DNA from: Bacteroidia bacterium
Lineage (GTDB): Bacteria; Bacteroidota; Bacteroidia; NS11-12g; UBA9320
Length of the DNA stretch: 64,000 nt
Assembly (NCBI GenBank): GCA_965216465.1
Contig: CBDCFW010000001.1
Span: 32,001-96,000, forward strand
Direction of reading: 5' to 3'
Shown piece after piece: positions 9,808 to 20,148 of the stretch; the first letter of the stretch is position 1; every line of letters begins with the position of its first letter. The translations under genes were made by a program, and so were the position numbers. The notes under the pieces were generated by a model. The model was not told the origin of the DNA. It did not search any database and saw only the letters and a program-made list of their open reading frames with translations.

Positions 9808-11127
9808 ATGAAAGATGACCTAAATCCCCACCCAAAAAAGGAATCAAGAAGAAGTTTCATTCGCTCTAAGCTCTTGGCAACAGCTATTGGTGCCACTGGA
9901 CTACCTCTTCTAGCAAAGCAGTATAACAAAGAAGAAACAAGCTCGCAGCCTAAAGGAATCAGTAAATTTTTAGATGGAAATTCTTCCTGGGATGACATTA
10001 GAAGTCAATTCTATTTGCAAGAAGGGCGGCATTTCTTCAATACTGCTGGTCTTGGGCCCTCTCCTCAACCGGTTGTCGATGCAATATGCGAAAGCTTAAA
10101 ACACCTGGCAAGCGTTGCAAAATCTGGACATAAAGAACGTGATATTGCACATAAGAAAATAGCCGAATTTCTTTCAGTCGACCCTAGTGAAATAGCAGTT
10201 ACGCGTAACGCAACTGAAGGAATAAACATTGTTGCAAGAAGTCTAAATTTAAAAGCAGGCGATGAAATAATTCTCACTCGGCATGAACATATCGGAGGTT
10301 CAGCCCCATGGATTGCCTTGCAAAAAGATCTTGGTGTAGTGGTTAAATTGGTTGAACTTGATCTAACAGGAAGAAACAATTACAAAATCATCAAAGAAAA
10401 CATAACAGACAGAACCAAAGTTGTTTCCTTTTCTCATATCACGTGCACTACAGGTATGAGGCTGCCTGCAAAGAAAATTGTGAAGCTTTGTCGCCAAAAA
10501 GGCATATACTCTTGTGTCGATGGTGCTCAAGCTGTGGGCATGATGAAGGTAAACTTAAAGAAGTTAAAGCCTGATTTTTATGCAGCAAGCGGACATAAGT
10601 GGCTTTTTGGCCCGAAAGGAACAGGAATACTCTATATGAACAAAATGGTCATTAATGAGTGTAAGCCAACCTTTGTTGGTGCATATACGGACAGTAAGTT
10701 TGACCTTGACGAATTATTGCTTGAATACCGCGATGTGGCTGAACGTGAAGAATATGGAACAAGAAGTGCCTCTACCCTTGTTGGACTATCAACCGCTGTT
10801 GACTTCAACACCAGCATTGGAATTGAACGTATCGAAAAACGAGGTTTAGAGCTAGCACAACAATTTATTGATCAAATAATTGATGATGATAAATTTGAAC
10901 TTCTCTCACCGGTAACAGACCGATATCGTGCAGCTATTGTTACTTTTAGAATTAAAGATAAAGACAGTTTACAAGTACGCGATCTGCTTGCTCGAAAGCA
11001 CAACTATCACATTCGTAGAATCTATGAACATCATCTAGATGCGATGCGCATTTCATTCTCTGTGTACAATACCGAAAAAGAAGTTAGTAATCTCACTAAA
11101 TTACTTAAGAAAATTGCTGCCGAGTAA
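9808..11127 (+). CDS. Tat-exported aminotransferase class V PLP-dependent enzyme (isopenicillin N epimerase/C-S lyase-like)
   Basis: SRRSFI twin-arginine signal; FNTAGLG, RNATEG, VDGAQ, SGHKW (PLP lysine). Confidence 0.85.
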   Translation: MKDDLNPHPKKESRRSFIRSKLLATAIGATGLPLLAKQYNKEETSSQPKGISKFLDGNSSWDDIRSQFYLQEGRHFFNTAGLGPSPQPVVDAICESLKHLASVAKSGHKERDIAHKKIAEFLSVDPSEIAVTRNATEGINIVARSLNLKAGDEIILTRHEHIGGSAPWIALQKDLGVVVKLVELDLTGRNNYKIIKENITDRTKVVSFSHITCTTGMRLPAKKIVKLCRQKGIYSCVDGAQAVGMMKVNLKKLKPDFYAASGHKWLFGPKGTGILYMNKMVINECKPTFVGAYTDSKFDLDELLLEYRDVAEREEYGTRSASTLVGLSTAVDFNTSIGIERIEKRGLELAQQFIDQIIDDDKFELLSPVTDRYRAAIVTFRIKDKDSLQVRDLLARKHNYHIRRIYEHHLDAMRISFSVYNTEKEVSNLTKLLKKIAAE

Positions 11128-11440
11128 TTAGTTGCTACATGAATTTGCATTTTTTTTAGAGATTTCAATCGATGAAAATTGCCGATTAATGGAGAAAAAC
11201 GAATCTTTCATCTGATAGACAAAACATAAAACTCTTCTTTTTAAAGCCTTCTCAAAAATTTCAAAAAGCGAGGTTCACCTAATCACATTTAGGATACATA
11301 AAACCTCGTTATGAGCTGATTTTCTGTGTATTACATAATATTTACACCACGAATACCTTTTGACACATTAAACTTAATTTAAACTCTTTTTCGCTTCAAA
11401 TTTCACTTCCTATTTATCGAAAACGTCCAAAAAAGGTGGT

Positions 11441-11466
11441 TGTAACTTAAAATCTAGGTTCACGTC
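11441..11466 (+). promoter_or_regulatory. Putative ECF sigma factor promoter
   Basis: TGTAAC-N16-CGTC about 60 nt upstream of ATG 11530. Confidence 0.5.
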
Positions 11467-11529
11467 TTATGTTCAAAAGGCAAGGGAAAATCCCCCAGCC
11501 AATCAAGTATGAACCATAACCACAATACC

Positions 11530-12204
11530 ATGAAAAAATTAACATTTATTAAGAGAATTTTCAGCCTTACCTTTATTCTCATCTTAGCTTTCAATGCGCA
11601 GGCAAAAGATAAATTTAAAAAAGGTTATTTCATCCAGAACGGAGACACGTTCACCGGATACATTGAGTATAAAAACTGGAAAGAGAGTCCAAACTTTATT
11701 CGCTTCAAAGCAACTCCTGAGAGTGAAGCTAGAATCTTTAGCCCACTGGATGTAGAATACTTCAGTGTTGCAAACAAAGTATTTTTAGGTCGTATCATTG
11801 ATGTAGAAACAAGCTCAAAAGACGATCTTAATCTTGACGCAACTGCAGATGTGAAGCTCAGAAAAGACACCGTTTTTGTTGAAGAAATCTACACCGGATC
11901 AAAGAACTTGTACATCTACAAGGAGCGAAACTTCAACGAGCATTTTTACACACTTGAAGATGATAAATTAGAGTTGCTAGTACACAAAATGTATTACACT
12001 GACAACGACAATGGAGAACGCGTAGTTCGTTACAACAACTCTTTCCAAAATCAACTGCTTACTGAATTTGGAGATTGCGACAAAATGTTTAGCACTGTTG
12101 TAGGAGCATCTTACACCAAAGAATCGCTAAAGAAAGTATTCAAGACTTACGACCATTGTGTGCCTGACAAGAAAAAAGAAACTTCAAAACCAGCAAAGGT
12201 TTAA
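11530..12204 (+). CDS. Hypothetical secreted protein
   Basis: Signal peptide ending AQA; GYFIQNGDTFTGYI N-terminal pattern common in Bacteroidota exported proteins; alternative start 11509. Confidence 0.7.
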   Translation: MKKLTFIKRIFSLTFILILAFNAQAKDKFKKGYFIQNGDTFTGYIEYKNWKESPNFIRFKATPESEARIFSPLDVEYFSVANKVFLGRIIDVETSSKDDLNLDATADVKLRKDTVFVEEIYTGSKNLYIYKERNFNEHFYTLEDDKLELLVHKMYYTDNDNGERVVRYNNSFQNQLLTEFGDCDKMFSTVVGASYTKESLKKVFKTYDHCVPDKKKETSKPAKV

Positions 12205-12250
12205 GATATTGGGGGTTACCCCCCTATTCATGTAACACGTAAATTTTCGG

Positions 12251-12280
12251 AGGGACGCTCACAAGCGTCCCTTTTCTTTT
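12251..12280 (+). terminator. Intrinsic terminator
   Basis: AGGGACGCT-CACA-AGCGTCCCT followed by a T-rich tract. Confidence 0.85.
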
Positions 12281-12361
12281 GGTTTTAAACAACCTTTAAA
12301 CTCTTTTCAATCCTAGATGCGAAATGGTTAAATTTCTGCGTTGTTTTATAAACCAATAACT

Positions 12362-15300
12362 ATGAACAAATTGCTCCTCTTTCTGACCCTCGTTTTAACC
12401 ATCTCATCTTGCAAGCAAAAAAGAATAGACGTTCCTATAGAGGCGGATCTACATTTTAAACCATTTATTTCTGCCTATACCTCAGGAATAATATCAAAGA
12501 CAAGCCCTATTCACGTGTTTTTAAAGCACGAAATTCCGGATAGTATTCTCAATGACACCAACAGCTTAAGAAAGACAATTAAAACCACTCCAGCATTTGA
12601 TTACACCATCGTTAACTCAACACGCAATAAACTTGAACTTGTTCCTCTTCAAAACCTAGACAATAAAAAACGGTACAAAGTAGACGTTAATATGGAAGAA
12701 CTACTGCGTTTAGACCTAGACCATGAGGTTTTTTCATTGGTATTCGAGACCATTACTCAAGACTACAAAATCAAACAGATTTCACTCGAGCCAAAAAATG
12801 CCTATAAACCAAATAACTTAGAGCTAACAGGCTATATTGAAACCACCGATGTTGCAAAGTTTGAAGACGTCAAGCAAATTATAACATCAGTGGGTAAATA
12901 CAGGCTTGAAGACCTTCGGTTTACGAAATACAATAACAAACGTTTCAAGTTTAGTTTAAAAAACATTGTTAAGCAGAAAGAGAAAACTTCATTCAATCTT
13001 GCTTTTGATGGTCAACCAATCGACCAGCCTAGAAAGGTGAACCAACGAATTGACATCCCAGCTAAGAGTGATTTTTCGTACAGCAAATGGGAATATGAAT
13101 CTTACCCAGACCAGCTCTTAACGCTCTATTTTACTGAACCTTTAAATTCTAAACAAGAGCTTAAAGGCCTGGTAACGCTTGACCAATCTAACAACATGAG
13201 TTTTGAGGTCGACGGTACGAAGCTTAAGGTTTATTTAAATACCAGTCATACCGGACAAGATAAACTGGTGGTTCATAGAGGCATTCAAAACTTCGAAGGA
13301 GAAAAAACAAAAGTACTGGTAGAAGACACCATATACATTGATCCTCCCAGACCGACGATTGAAATTATTGGCGATGGCACGATACTACCCAACTCTCAAG
13401 GATTAATTGTTCCTTTTAAAACTATTGGATTGAAGAAGGTTGATGTTGAACTCTATCGAATTCATGAAAATAACGTATTACAATTTTTGCAAGTAAACGA
13501 GGTCGATGAAACCTATCAACTCCGACGTGTTGCAAACAAACTGACCCATAAAACCATTAACCTCGAAAAGACCAATTCTGGGAAGTTACAGCAGTGGACA
13601 ACCCAGGCCATCAACATTCGCGATTTAATACGGCCTCAACCTGGAGCCATTTACAGGGTACGATTTTCATTCAAACCCAGCTACACATTTAATACCTGCA
13701 CTGATATTGACGATGTTAGTACTCGTAATGATTTTTTCGACTACTATGAGAACTCAGACTTCGATGAGCTAGAGGACACAGATGTTTGCGACCGATATTT
13801 CTATTACAGCTCAACAAAAAGCAAGAACCTCATTGCTTCTGATTTGGGCCTCATAGTAAAGCAAGGAAATGCTGATAATTTCACTGTAATAGCAACTAAT
13901 TTGGTAACAGGTAATCCGATGCCAAACACAACTATTAAGTTTTACAACTATGCACAGCAAGTTATTAAACAAGCAGTCACCAATCAATTTGGGATTGCTT
14001 CTGTAGCAACTACGGAAACCCCAAGCGTTATTGTTGGTTCTCATAATCGACACAAATCGTACATTCAATTGAATCGAGGACTTAGCAATTCTACAAGCAA
14101 GTTCGCCACTGATGGTGCCATGCGCTCGAATGGAGTTGAAGCTTTTTTTTATGGAGAAAGAGGTGTTTGGCGTCCTGGTGACAGCATTTACCTATCCTGT
14201 GTGGTAAAAGATGAATTTAACAAAATAAGACATGGCCAACCTGCAAACCTTAAGTTTATTGACCCCAAAGGACGTGTCGTATCTGAATCGCAAGTTAAAC
14301 TCAACAAAAGAGGAATTCTTTCTTTTCCTTTAAGTACTGACATTGATGCCCCTACAGGCTATTACCAAGTTGTTCTGAGCAGCGGTTCGTACGACTTTAG
14401 AAAATCATTACTCGTTGAAACCGTAAGACCTAATCGTTTAAAAATCAACCTAGACCTAGGAGCAAAAGAAATTGAAACCCACAAAACAAAGAACCTTTTG
14501 CTTAGTAGTCATTGGTTACATGGCAAATTAGCGTCTGACCTAAAGGCAAAAGTTACCATGAGGCTAACACCTTCGCACACCACATTTCCCGATTTTAAGA
14601 ATTTTATTTTCGAGAATAGTACCAAACGAGTCAGTCAATCAGAGCAAGTAATATACGATGAAAACCTAGATAGTTTGGGCCAAGCGAATATTGAACTACC
14701 CCAAGAAAAGATTCAATCTGCAGGCAAAATGAAAGCTCAGTTTATTACAAAGGTTTTCGAAAAAGGAGGAGGATTCTCAATCGACAATTTCAATGCAGTT
14801 TACCATCCCTATACTAGCTATGTTGGCATGAAGCTTTCTTACAACAACTATGGCTATCTGTCGACCAGCAAGCCTAATAAGATTGAAATTGTAAACGTTC
14901 AACCCAACGGCAAAGTGGTCAAAGCAAAGACCAAGCTCAGGCTACAAGTTTTTAAGATTGAATGGAGATGGTGGTGGCAACATAACGAAAGTGACCTTGC
15001 ATCATACTTAAACAACAATAGTTATGAACTTCACACCGATAAAACCCTTGAAATTAGCGGTGAGACCTCTTACAACCTGACCATTCCTGAACACGAATGG
15101 GGCCAATATTTTGTTCAAATCACCAACGAAGAAAACGGACACAGCTGTGGTAAATTATTCTTTGCGGATTATTACGGTAGCACTAGAAATGCAAAGGATC
15201 AATCAGGTGCAATGCTGCTGTCTATAGAATCATCAAAACCGCGATATAAGTTAGGAGAAAACGCACAAGTATCGTTTCAATCACCGGGTAAAGGAAAGGC

Positions 15301-17788
15301 TTTGATAAGCATTGAAAATGATTTAAATGTTGAACACACGTATTGGGTTGATGTTAGAAGAGGTAACAACAATATTAATGTTCCCTTAACGCGAGCGATG
15401 ACACCAAGCTGCTACGTGCATGTTACACTTTTACAACCTCATGTACACCTCAGAAATGACAAGCCCATAAGACTATATGGTGTGATTCCATTAGACGTTT
15501 ATGACGCTTCAACGGTACTATACCCTGAGGTTAAAATTCCAGAAGAAATAAGACCTGATGAAAATATAAATGTAGCCGTATCAGAAAAAAATGGCAAAGC
15601 AATGTATTACACGATTGCTATTGTTGATGAGGGTTTACTAGACCTTACCCGTTATAAAACTCCTAAAATATGGAAGCATTTTAACAAGAAAAGAGCTTTG
15701 GGAATATTGACTTATGATGTATATGATCAAGTAATCAATGCCTTTTCAGGTAAGTTCGAAAATGTTTATCGAATTGGTGGAGATGCAGAAGGTGTTGAAG
15801 GAAACATAGCGAAAGCAAATCGGTTTAAACCTACGGTTAAATATCTGGGTCCGTTTTACCTCAAACCAGGCGGCAGAGCAAATCACAGGATTAAGATTGA
15901 AAATTACATTGGTTCAGTCAAAACCATGATAATTGCCAGAAACGGCAAGGCATTTGGGTCTTCTGATGCTAAAACACGGGTCGTAAAGCCTTTAATGATT
16001 CAAACATCAGCACCACGAACCTTAACCCCTGGCGATGAGCTCGAAATACCTGTAAATCTATTTCTGACCGAAGAAGCCAAACTTCCAGTAACTGTTTCGC
16101 TCAAGGCTAACAACGGAGTGCAAGTTCTAACGAAAAAACTTGTTGTTAGAAAAGCCAAGAATGGTGAAGCCATTGTTAAATTTAAAATAAAAGTTGGATC
16201 ACAAATAGGAGCTTCTACCTTCAAAATAGAAGCAAGTTGTGCCAATGACAAGCATCAGGAAAAGCTCGACATTCCTATCAGATTACCGGGGTATGCCGTT
16301 TCTCAAACAGCATTATTGACCTTAAAACCGGGGCAAAAAGGGCACTTTAATATTCGAAACATTGGCTGGCAGGGAACAAATAGTGCAACGCTCGAAACCA
16401 GCACCTATCCGAGCATAGACCTCGAAAAGCGGCTCAACTATTTAATCCGTTATCCGCACGGCTGCATTGAGCAAACTACATCATCGGTTTTCCCTCAATT
16501 ATATCTTAGCACTATCATGGATATTTCTGAGAAGAGAAAGGAAAAAATTGATAAGAATATCAATGCCGCAATTACAAGGTTAGCAAAGTTTCAAACCTTG
16601 GATGGTGGGTTTAGTTACTGGCCTGGCGGTAACTCCTCCAACGAGTGGGGATCGAGTTATGCTGGACACTTCTTGATTGAAGCTAAAGCGTTAGGATATT
16701 ATGTGCCAGATCATTTGTTGAACGCTTGGTATCAATATCAAACAAAGCAAATTAACGCTTCTAATAGCTATGCTTTTTACCATAAGGAAGACAATCAGGC
16801 TTATCGCTTATACACTCTTGCACATTATGGAAAGCCAGATATTGGTGCCATGAATAGGTTCAAGGAATTAAAATTAACAAGCAACGCAGCTAAATGGCGG
16901 ATTGCTACCGCATATGCTTTAGCTGGGCGACTCGATGTAGCTAAATCAATGATAAAGGAGCTCTCCGAAAATGTGAGATCTTATCGCGACCATGGTCGCA
17001 CTTATGGAAGTGGATTTAGGGATAAGGTTATAATCCTAGAGGCAATGCTTGCTGTAGATGATCAGCGTTACATAAGAGTAATGAAAGAGCTAGCTAACAA
17101 AATGGGAAGCAAGAGCTATCTTAGTACCCAAGAAACAGCTTATGGATTATTAGCTTACTCAAAACTGGTTAAAAAACGCCCAAGTAAAAATGTATCGTAC
17201 GTGGTCACCAAAATTACTGAGGAGCCTGTAACATACAGTTTCGATTCACCTATTCACCAACTTAAGCTCGGAACGCCAAGTAAAATTAAAACGGTTGAAC
17301 TTCAAAACACTTCTGACCAACCTATATTCATTAAAATGATAAATACAGGTACGCCTATATCCTCTACTTTAAGCGATAAATCTAATGGTATTAGCTTAAA
17401 AGTTAGATATGCCAATCAAGAAGGTAAAACGGTTAAGCCTACTCAGATTAAGTATGGCCAAGATTATAAAATGTATATCACTGTAACGAATAAAAGCAAG
17501 ATTAGTAATTTACAAAACATCGCACTATCTACTTTTTTTGCTTCTGGATGTGAAATTGAAAACACACGATTGTCAGGCGGATCAAGAAATAACGCAACAT
17601 ATGAAGATATCAGAGACGATCGATGCTTTGCCTACTTTGACTTGCGATCTGGAGCTAGTAAAACATTTTATTACACCTTTACTTCAACGTACAAGGGCAG
17701 ATTTTTAAATCCAGGTATACATTGTGAAGCAATGTACGACCCATCGATTTATGCATTAAGAAAAGGAGAATATTTAGACTTTAAGTGA
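12362..17788 (+). CDS. Bacterial alpha-2-macroglobulin lipoprotein (YfhM-like)
   Basis: Lipobox ISSC; RGVWRPGD, AIVDEGLLDLT, thioester YPHGCIEQ, DIRDDR, EAMYDP; adjacent to pbpC. Confidence 0.93.
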   Translation: MNKLLLFLTLVLTISSCKQKRIDVPIEADLHFKPFISAYTSGIISKTSPIHVFLKHEIPDSILNDTNSLRKTIKTTPAFDYTIVNSTRNKLELVPLQNLDNKKRYKVDVNMEELLRLDLDHEVFSLVFETITQDYKIKQISLEPKNAYKPNNLELTGYIETTDVAKFEDVKQIITSVGKYRLEDLRFTKYNNKRFKFSLKNIVKQKEKTSFNLAFDGQPIDQPRKVNQRIDIPAKSDFSYSKWEYESYPDQLLTLYFTEPLNSKQELKGLVTLDQSNNMSFEVDGTKLKVYLNTSHTGQDKLVVHRGIQNFEGEKTKVLVEDTIYIDPPRPTIEIIGDGTILPNSQGLIVPFKTIGLKKVDVELYRIHENNVLQFLQVNEVDETYQLRRVANKLTHKTINLEKTNSGKLQQWTTQAINIRDLIRPQPGAIYRVRFSFKPSYTFNTCTDIDDVSTRNDFFDYYENSDFDELEDTDVCDRYFYYSSTKSKNLIASDLGLIVKQGNADNFTVIATNLVTGNPMPNTTIKFYNYAQQVIKQAVTNQFGIASVATTETPSVIVGSHNRHKSYIQLNRGLSNSTSKFATDGAMRSNGVEAFFYGERGVWRPGDSIYLSCVVKDEFNKIRHGQPANLKFIDPKGRVVSESQVKLNKRGILSFPLSTDIDAPTGYYQVVLSSGSYDFRKSLLVETVRPNRLKINLDLGAKEIETHKTKNLLLSSHWLHGKLASDLKAKVTMRLTPSHTTFPDFKNFIFENSTKRVSQSEQVIYDENLDSLGQANIELPQEKIQSAGKMKAQFITKVFEKGGGFSIDNFNAVYHPYTSYVGMKLSYNNYGYLSTSKPNKIEIVNVQPNGKVVKAKTKLRLQVFKIEWRWWWQHNESDLASYLNNNSYELHTDKTLEISGETSYNLTIPEHEWGQYFVQITNEENGHSCGKLFFADYYGSTRNAKDQSGAMLLSIESSKPRYKLGENAQVSFQSPGKGKALISIENDLNVEHTYWVDVRRGNNNINVPLTRAMTPSCYVHVTLLQPHVHLRNDKPIRLYGVIPLDVYDASTVLYPEVKIPEEIRPDENINVAVSEKNGKAMYYTIAIVDEGLLDLTRYKTPKIWKHFNKKRALGILTYDVYDQVINAFSGKFENVYRIGGDAEGVEGNIAKANRFKPTVKYLGPFYLKPGGRANHRIKIENYIGSVKTMIIARNGKAFGSSDAKTRVVKPLMIQTSAPRTLTPGDELEIPVNLFLTEEAKLPVTVSLKANNGVQVLTKKLVVRKAKNGEAIVKFKIKVGSQIGASTFKIEASCANDKHQEKLDIPIRLPGYAVSQTALLTLKPGQKGHFNIRNIGWQGTNSATLETSTYPSIDLEKRLNYLIRYPHGCIEQTTSSVFPQLYLSTIMDISEKRKEKIDKNINAAITRLAKFQTLDGGFSYWPGGNSSNEWGSSYAGHFLIEAKALGYYVPDHLLNAWYQYQTKQINASNSYAFYHKEDNQAYRLYTLAHYGKPDIGAMNRFKELKLTSNAAKWRIATAYALAGRLDVAKSMIKELSENVRSYRDHGRTYGSGFRDKVIILEAMLAVDDQRYIRVMKELANKMGSKSYLSTQETAYGLLAYSKLVKKRPSKNVSYVVTKITEEPVTYSFDSPIHQLKLGTPSKIKTVELQNTSDQPIFIKMINTGTPISSTLSDKSNGISLKVRYANQEGKTVKPTQIKYGQDYKMYITVTNKSKISNLQNIALSTFFASGCEIENTRLSGGSRNNATYEDIRDDRCFAYFDLRSGASKTFYYTFTSTYKGRFLNPGIHCEAMYDPSIYALRKGEYLDFK

Positions 17789-20064
17789 GAAAAACTCTGC
17801 GCATATTAAGGTATCTTCTGGCAGTATATTTGGTGTACTTCTTATTCTGTCTTCCTTCAAACCTGTTTGATGAGTCGTACTCCAAAGTTTTACTAGACCG
17901 GAACGGAGAGTTTTTAGAAGCACGAATTGCACAAGATCAGCAGTGGCGTTTTCCTCCAATAAATACCACTCCTACTCGTTTTGAAGAATGTATACTCACA
18001 TATGAAGATCAGTATTTCAGGGCTCATCCTGGTGTAAATGTCGTATCGCTATTTCGTGCATTATACCTCAATTTAAAGCATGGCGAGGTTGTAAGCGGAG
18101 GAAGTACAATCACCATGCAAACGGTTCGCTTAATGCGAAAACAAAAAAATCGAACCATCTTAGAAAAATGCATTGAAATTACATGGGCAATGCGATTGGA
18201 AACACGATTCTCAAAAGATGAAATCTTATCTATGTATGTTAGCCATGCTCCATTTGGGGGCAATACCGTGGGACTAGAAGCTGCAACATGGCGATATTTT
18301 AACAGACCACCAGAATCGCTCAGTTGGGCAGACAATGCAATGCTAGCTGTTCTACCCAACTCACCCGGCTTAATTCACCTTAACAAGAATAGAAGCTTGT
18401 TAAAGGCCAAAAGAGATAAGCTTCTAGAATCACTTTATGAGAATGGTACCATAAACGTTGAAACTTTCAATTTGTCTAAAGACGAGCCATTACCTGAACC
18501 TGTAAATGCTTTGCCTCATTATGCATACCACTTAGTTGATCGGCTTTCATCTAAATCGAGTAAGATTGTTTCGACGGTAGACATCGTTCATCAAAAACAG
18601 TTTAACAAAATTGCCAGTCTATATGGGCAACGGCTGAAACAACAAAATATACATAATCTGTCGGCGGTGCTTGTTGACATTGAAACAGGTAATGTTTTAG
18701 CTTATGTAGGAAATAACTGGCGAAACAATCACAAACATGCAGGTAAAGTTGACATGCTGCGTGCGGTTCGTAGTAGTGGTTCAATATTAAAGCCCTTTCT
18801 ATATACAGCTGTTTACGACCAGGGAACAGCTCCAACACAAGGAATACCAGATTATCCCATCAATTTCACCGGATACAAACCGGTTAACTACAATCCGAGC
18901 TTTGAAGGTCTTGTGCCTGCGGGCGAAGCGTTGTACCGGTCACTAAACATTCCTGCAACTTGGTTACTGAGTAAATATGGAGTCGCTCACATGAAGAACG
19001 ATTTATCTAAACTAGGGCTATCATCACTTAACAGATCATCAAAAGATTACGGACTGTCGATAATTTTAGGAGGAGGAGAAGTAAACTTATTGGAGCTTAC
19101 AAGTGCCTACAGTTCATTAGGAGCACAATTAAACAATCCGGATTCTTTCACTGCTTTTAAGACCTACCTGTTGCGAGATCATTCAAAACCTACAATCGAA
19201 TCTCGAAAAACATTCAGTTCAGGAAGCATTTATAGTACGCTCCAAAGTCTAACCAATACCTACCGTCCAGAAACAGAAGCCCATTGGAAGAATTTTAGCT
19301 CAGCTTATCCCATAGCATGGAAAACTGGAACAAGCTATGGCAACAGAGATGCATGGGCGATTGGAGTTACCTCAAAGTATGCCGTTGGAGTTTGGGTTGG
19401 AAACAGCGAGGGCCAAGGCGTTTCGGGCTTAACAGGTCTCAATACTGCGGCACCCTTACTTTTTCAATTATTTGAAACACTTCCAGCCACAATGTGGTTC
19501 AACGAACCTGCAGATATGGACATGTATGCAATATGCTCAGAGAGCGGTATGAAAAAAGGAAAGACCTGTCCAAACGAACGAGAAGCTCTATTGCCAACTT
19601 CACTAGAGACGGGTGTAACCTGTGTTTACCATAAGGCGTTTATGATTGAAGCTCATTCTGGCAAGCGAGCATACAAAGGCTGTGGCGAAGGTTTTTTGTA
19701 TCCTGATACATTTTTTAACCTTCCACCCATTGTTTCGACGTACTATAAACAAAGAAATCCTCGCTATAAAGAATTACCGGAGTGGTCTTCAAATTGCAAC
19801 CGTGGTGATGCATCCATTTCTGTATTATATCCGGTAGATCAAGGCCGACTTTCTATTCCTGTTGGTGAAGAGCGAGAGGTGATTGCTAAAGCCTATTATA
19901 GTTTACCCCAAACTGAGCTGTATTGGGAACTAAACGGAAGTCACATTGGTATTACTGCTGGTAAACACGAGCAGGTAATCATCCCTCAAAAAGGAAGAAA
20001 TCTCTTGGTTCTAAGTGATGAGTTTGGGAATTCGAGGAGAGTAAACTTTGAGGTTGTAAATTAG
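17785..20064 (+). CDS. pbpC: Penicillin-binding protein 1C
   Basis: EDQYF..HPGVN, SGGSTITMQ transglycosylase motifs; SILK, SLN and KTGT transpeptidase motifs; GTGA overlap with the A2M gene. Confidence 0.92.
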   Translation: MRKTLRILRYLLAVYLVYFLFCLPSNLFDESYSKVLLDRNGEFLEARIAQDQQWRFPPINTTPTRFEECILTYEDQYFRAHPGVNVVSLFRALYLNLKHGEVVSGGSTITMQTVRLMRKQKNRTILEKCIEITWAMRLETRFSKDEILSMYVSHAPFGGNTVGLEAATWRYFNRPPESLSWADNAMLAVLPNSPGLIHLNKNRSLLKAKRDKLLESLYENGTINVETFNLSKDEPLPEPVNALPHYAYHLVDRLSSKSSKIVSTVDIVHQKQFNKIASLYGQRLKQQNIHNLSAVLVDIETGNVLAYVGNNWRNNHKHAGKVDMLRAVRSSGSILKPFLYTAVYDQGTAPTQGIPDYPINFTGYKPVNYNPSFEGLVPAGEALYRSLNIPATWLLSKYGVAHMKNDLSKLGLSSLNRSSKDYGLSIILGGGEVNLLELTSAYSSLGAQLNNPDSFTAFKTYLLRDHSKPTIESRKTFSSGSIYSTLQSLTNTYRPETEAHWKNFSSAYPIAWKTGTSYGNRDAWAIGVTSKYAVGVWVGNSEGQGVSGLTGLNTAAPLLFQLFETLPATMWFNEPADMDMYAICSESGMKKGKTCPNEREALLPTSLETGVTCVYHKAFMIEAHSGKRAYKGCGEGFLYPDTFFNLPPIVSTYYKQRNPRYKELPEWSSNCNRGDASISVLYPVDQGRLSIPVGEEREVIAKAYYSLPQTELYWELNGSHIGITAGKHEQVIIPQKGRNLLVLSDEFGNSRRVNFEVVN

Positions 20065-20093
20065 TTTGGAGCTATGGCATTTTTTTTAAGCAC

Positions 20094-20138
20094 AAAAAAG
20101 TGCGGAATGAATCAATTAAAACCTCGTTCACTCCGCAC
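20094..20138 (-). terminator. Intrinsic terminator
   Basis: GTGCGGA…TCCGCAC outer stem with an inner TGAA/TTCA pairing; A6 on the + strand gives a U-tract on the - strand. Confidence 0.65.
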
Positions 20139-20148
20139 ATAAAAGTAT

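Noticed and set aside
9808-11127. Calling the gene sufS or iscS
   Set aside because: The catalytic Cys motif is missing, a Tat signal is present, and no Fe-S cluster genes are nearby.
11299-20128. Shared 12-mer TAAAACCTCGTT in two intergenic hairpins
   Set aside because: A 12-bp AT-rich match is expected by chance in 64 kb, and it occupies different structural positions in the two hairpins.
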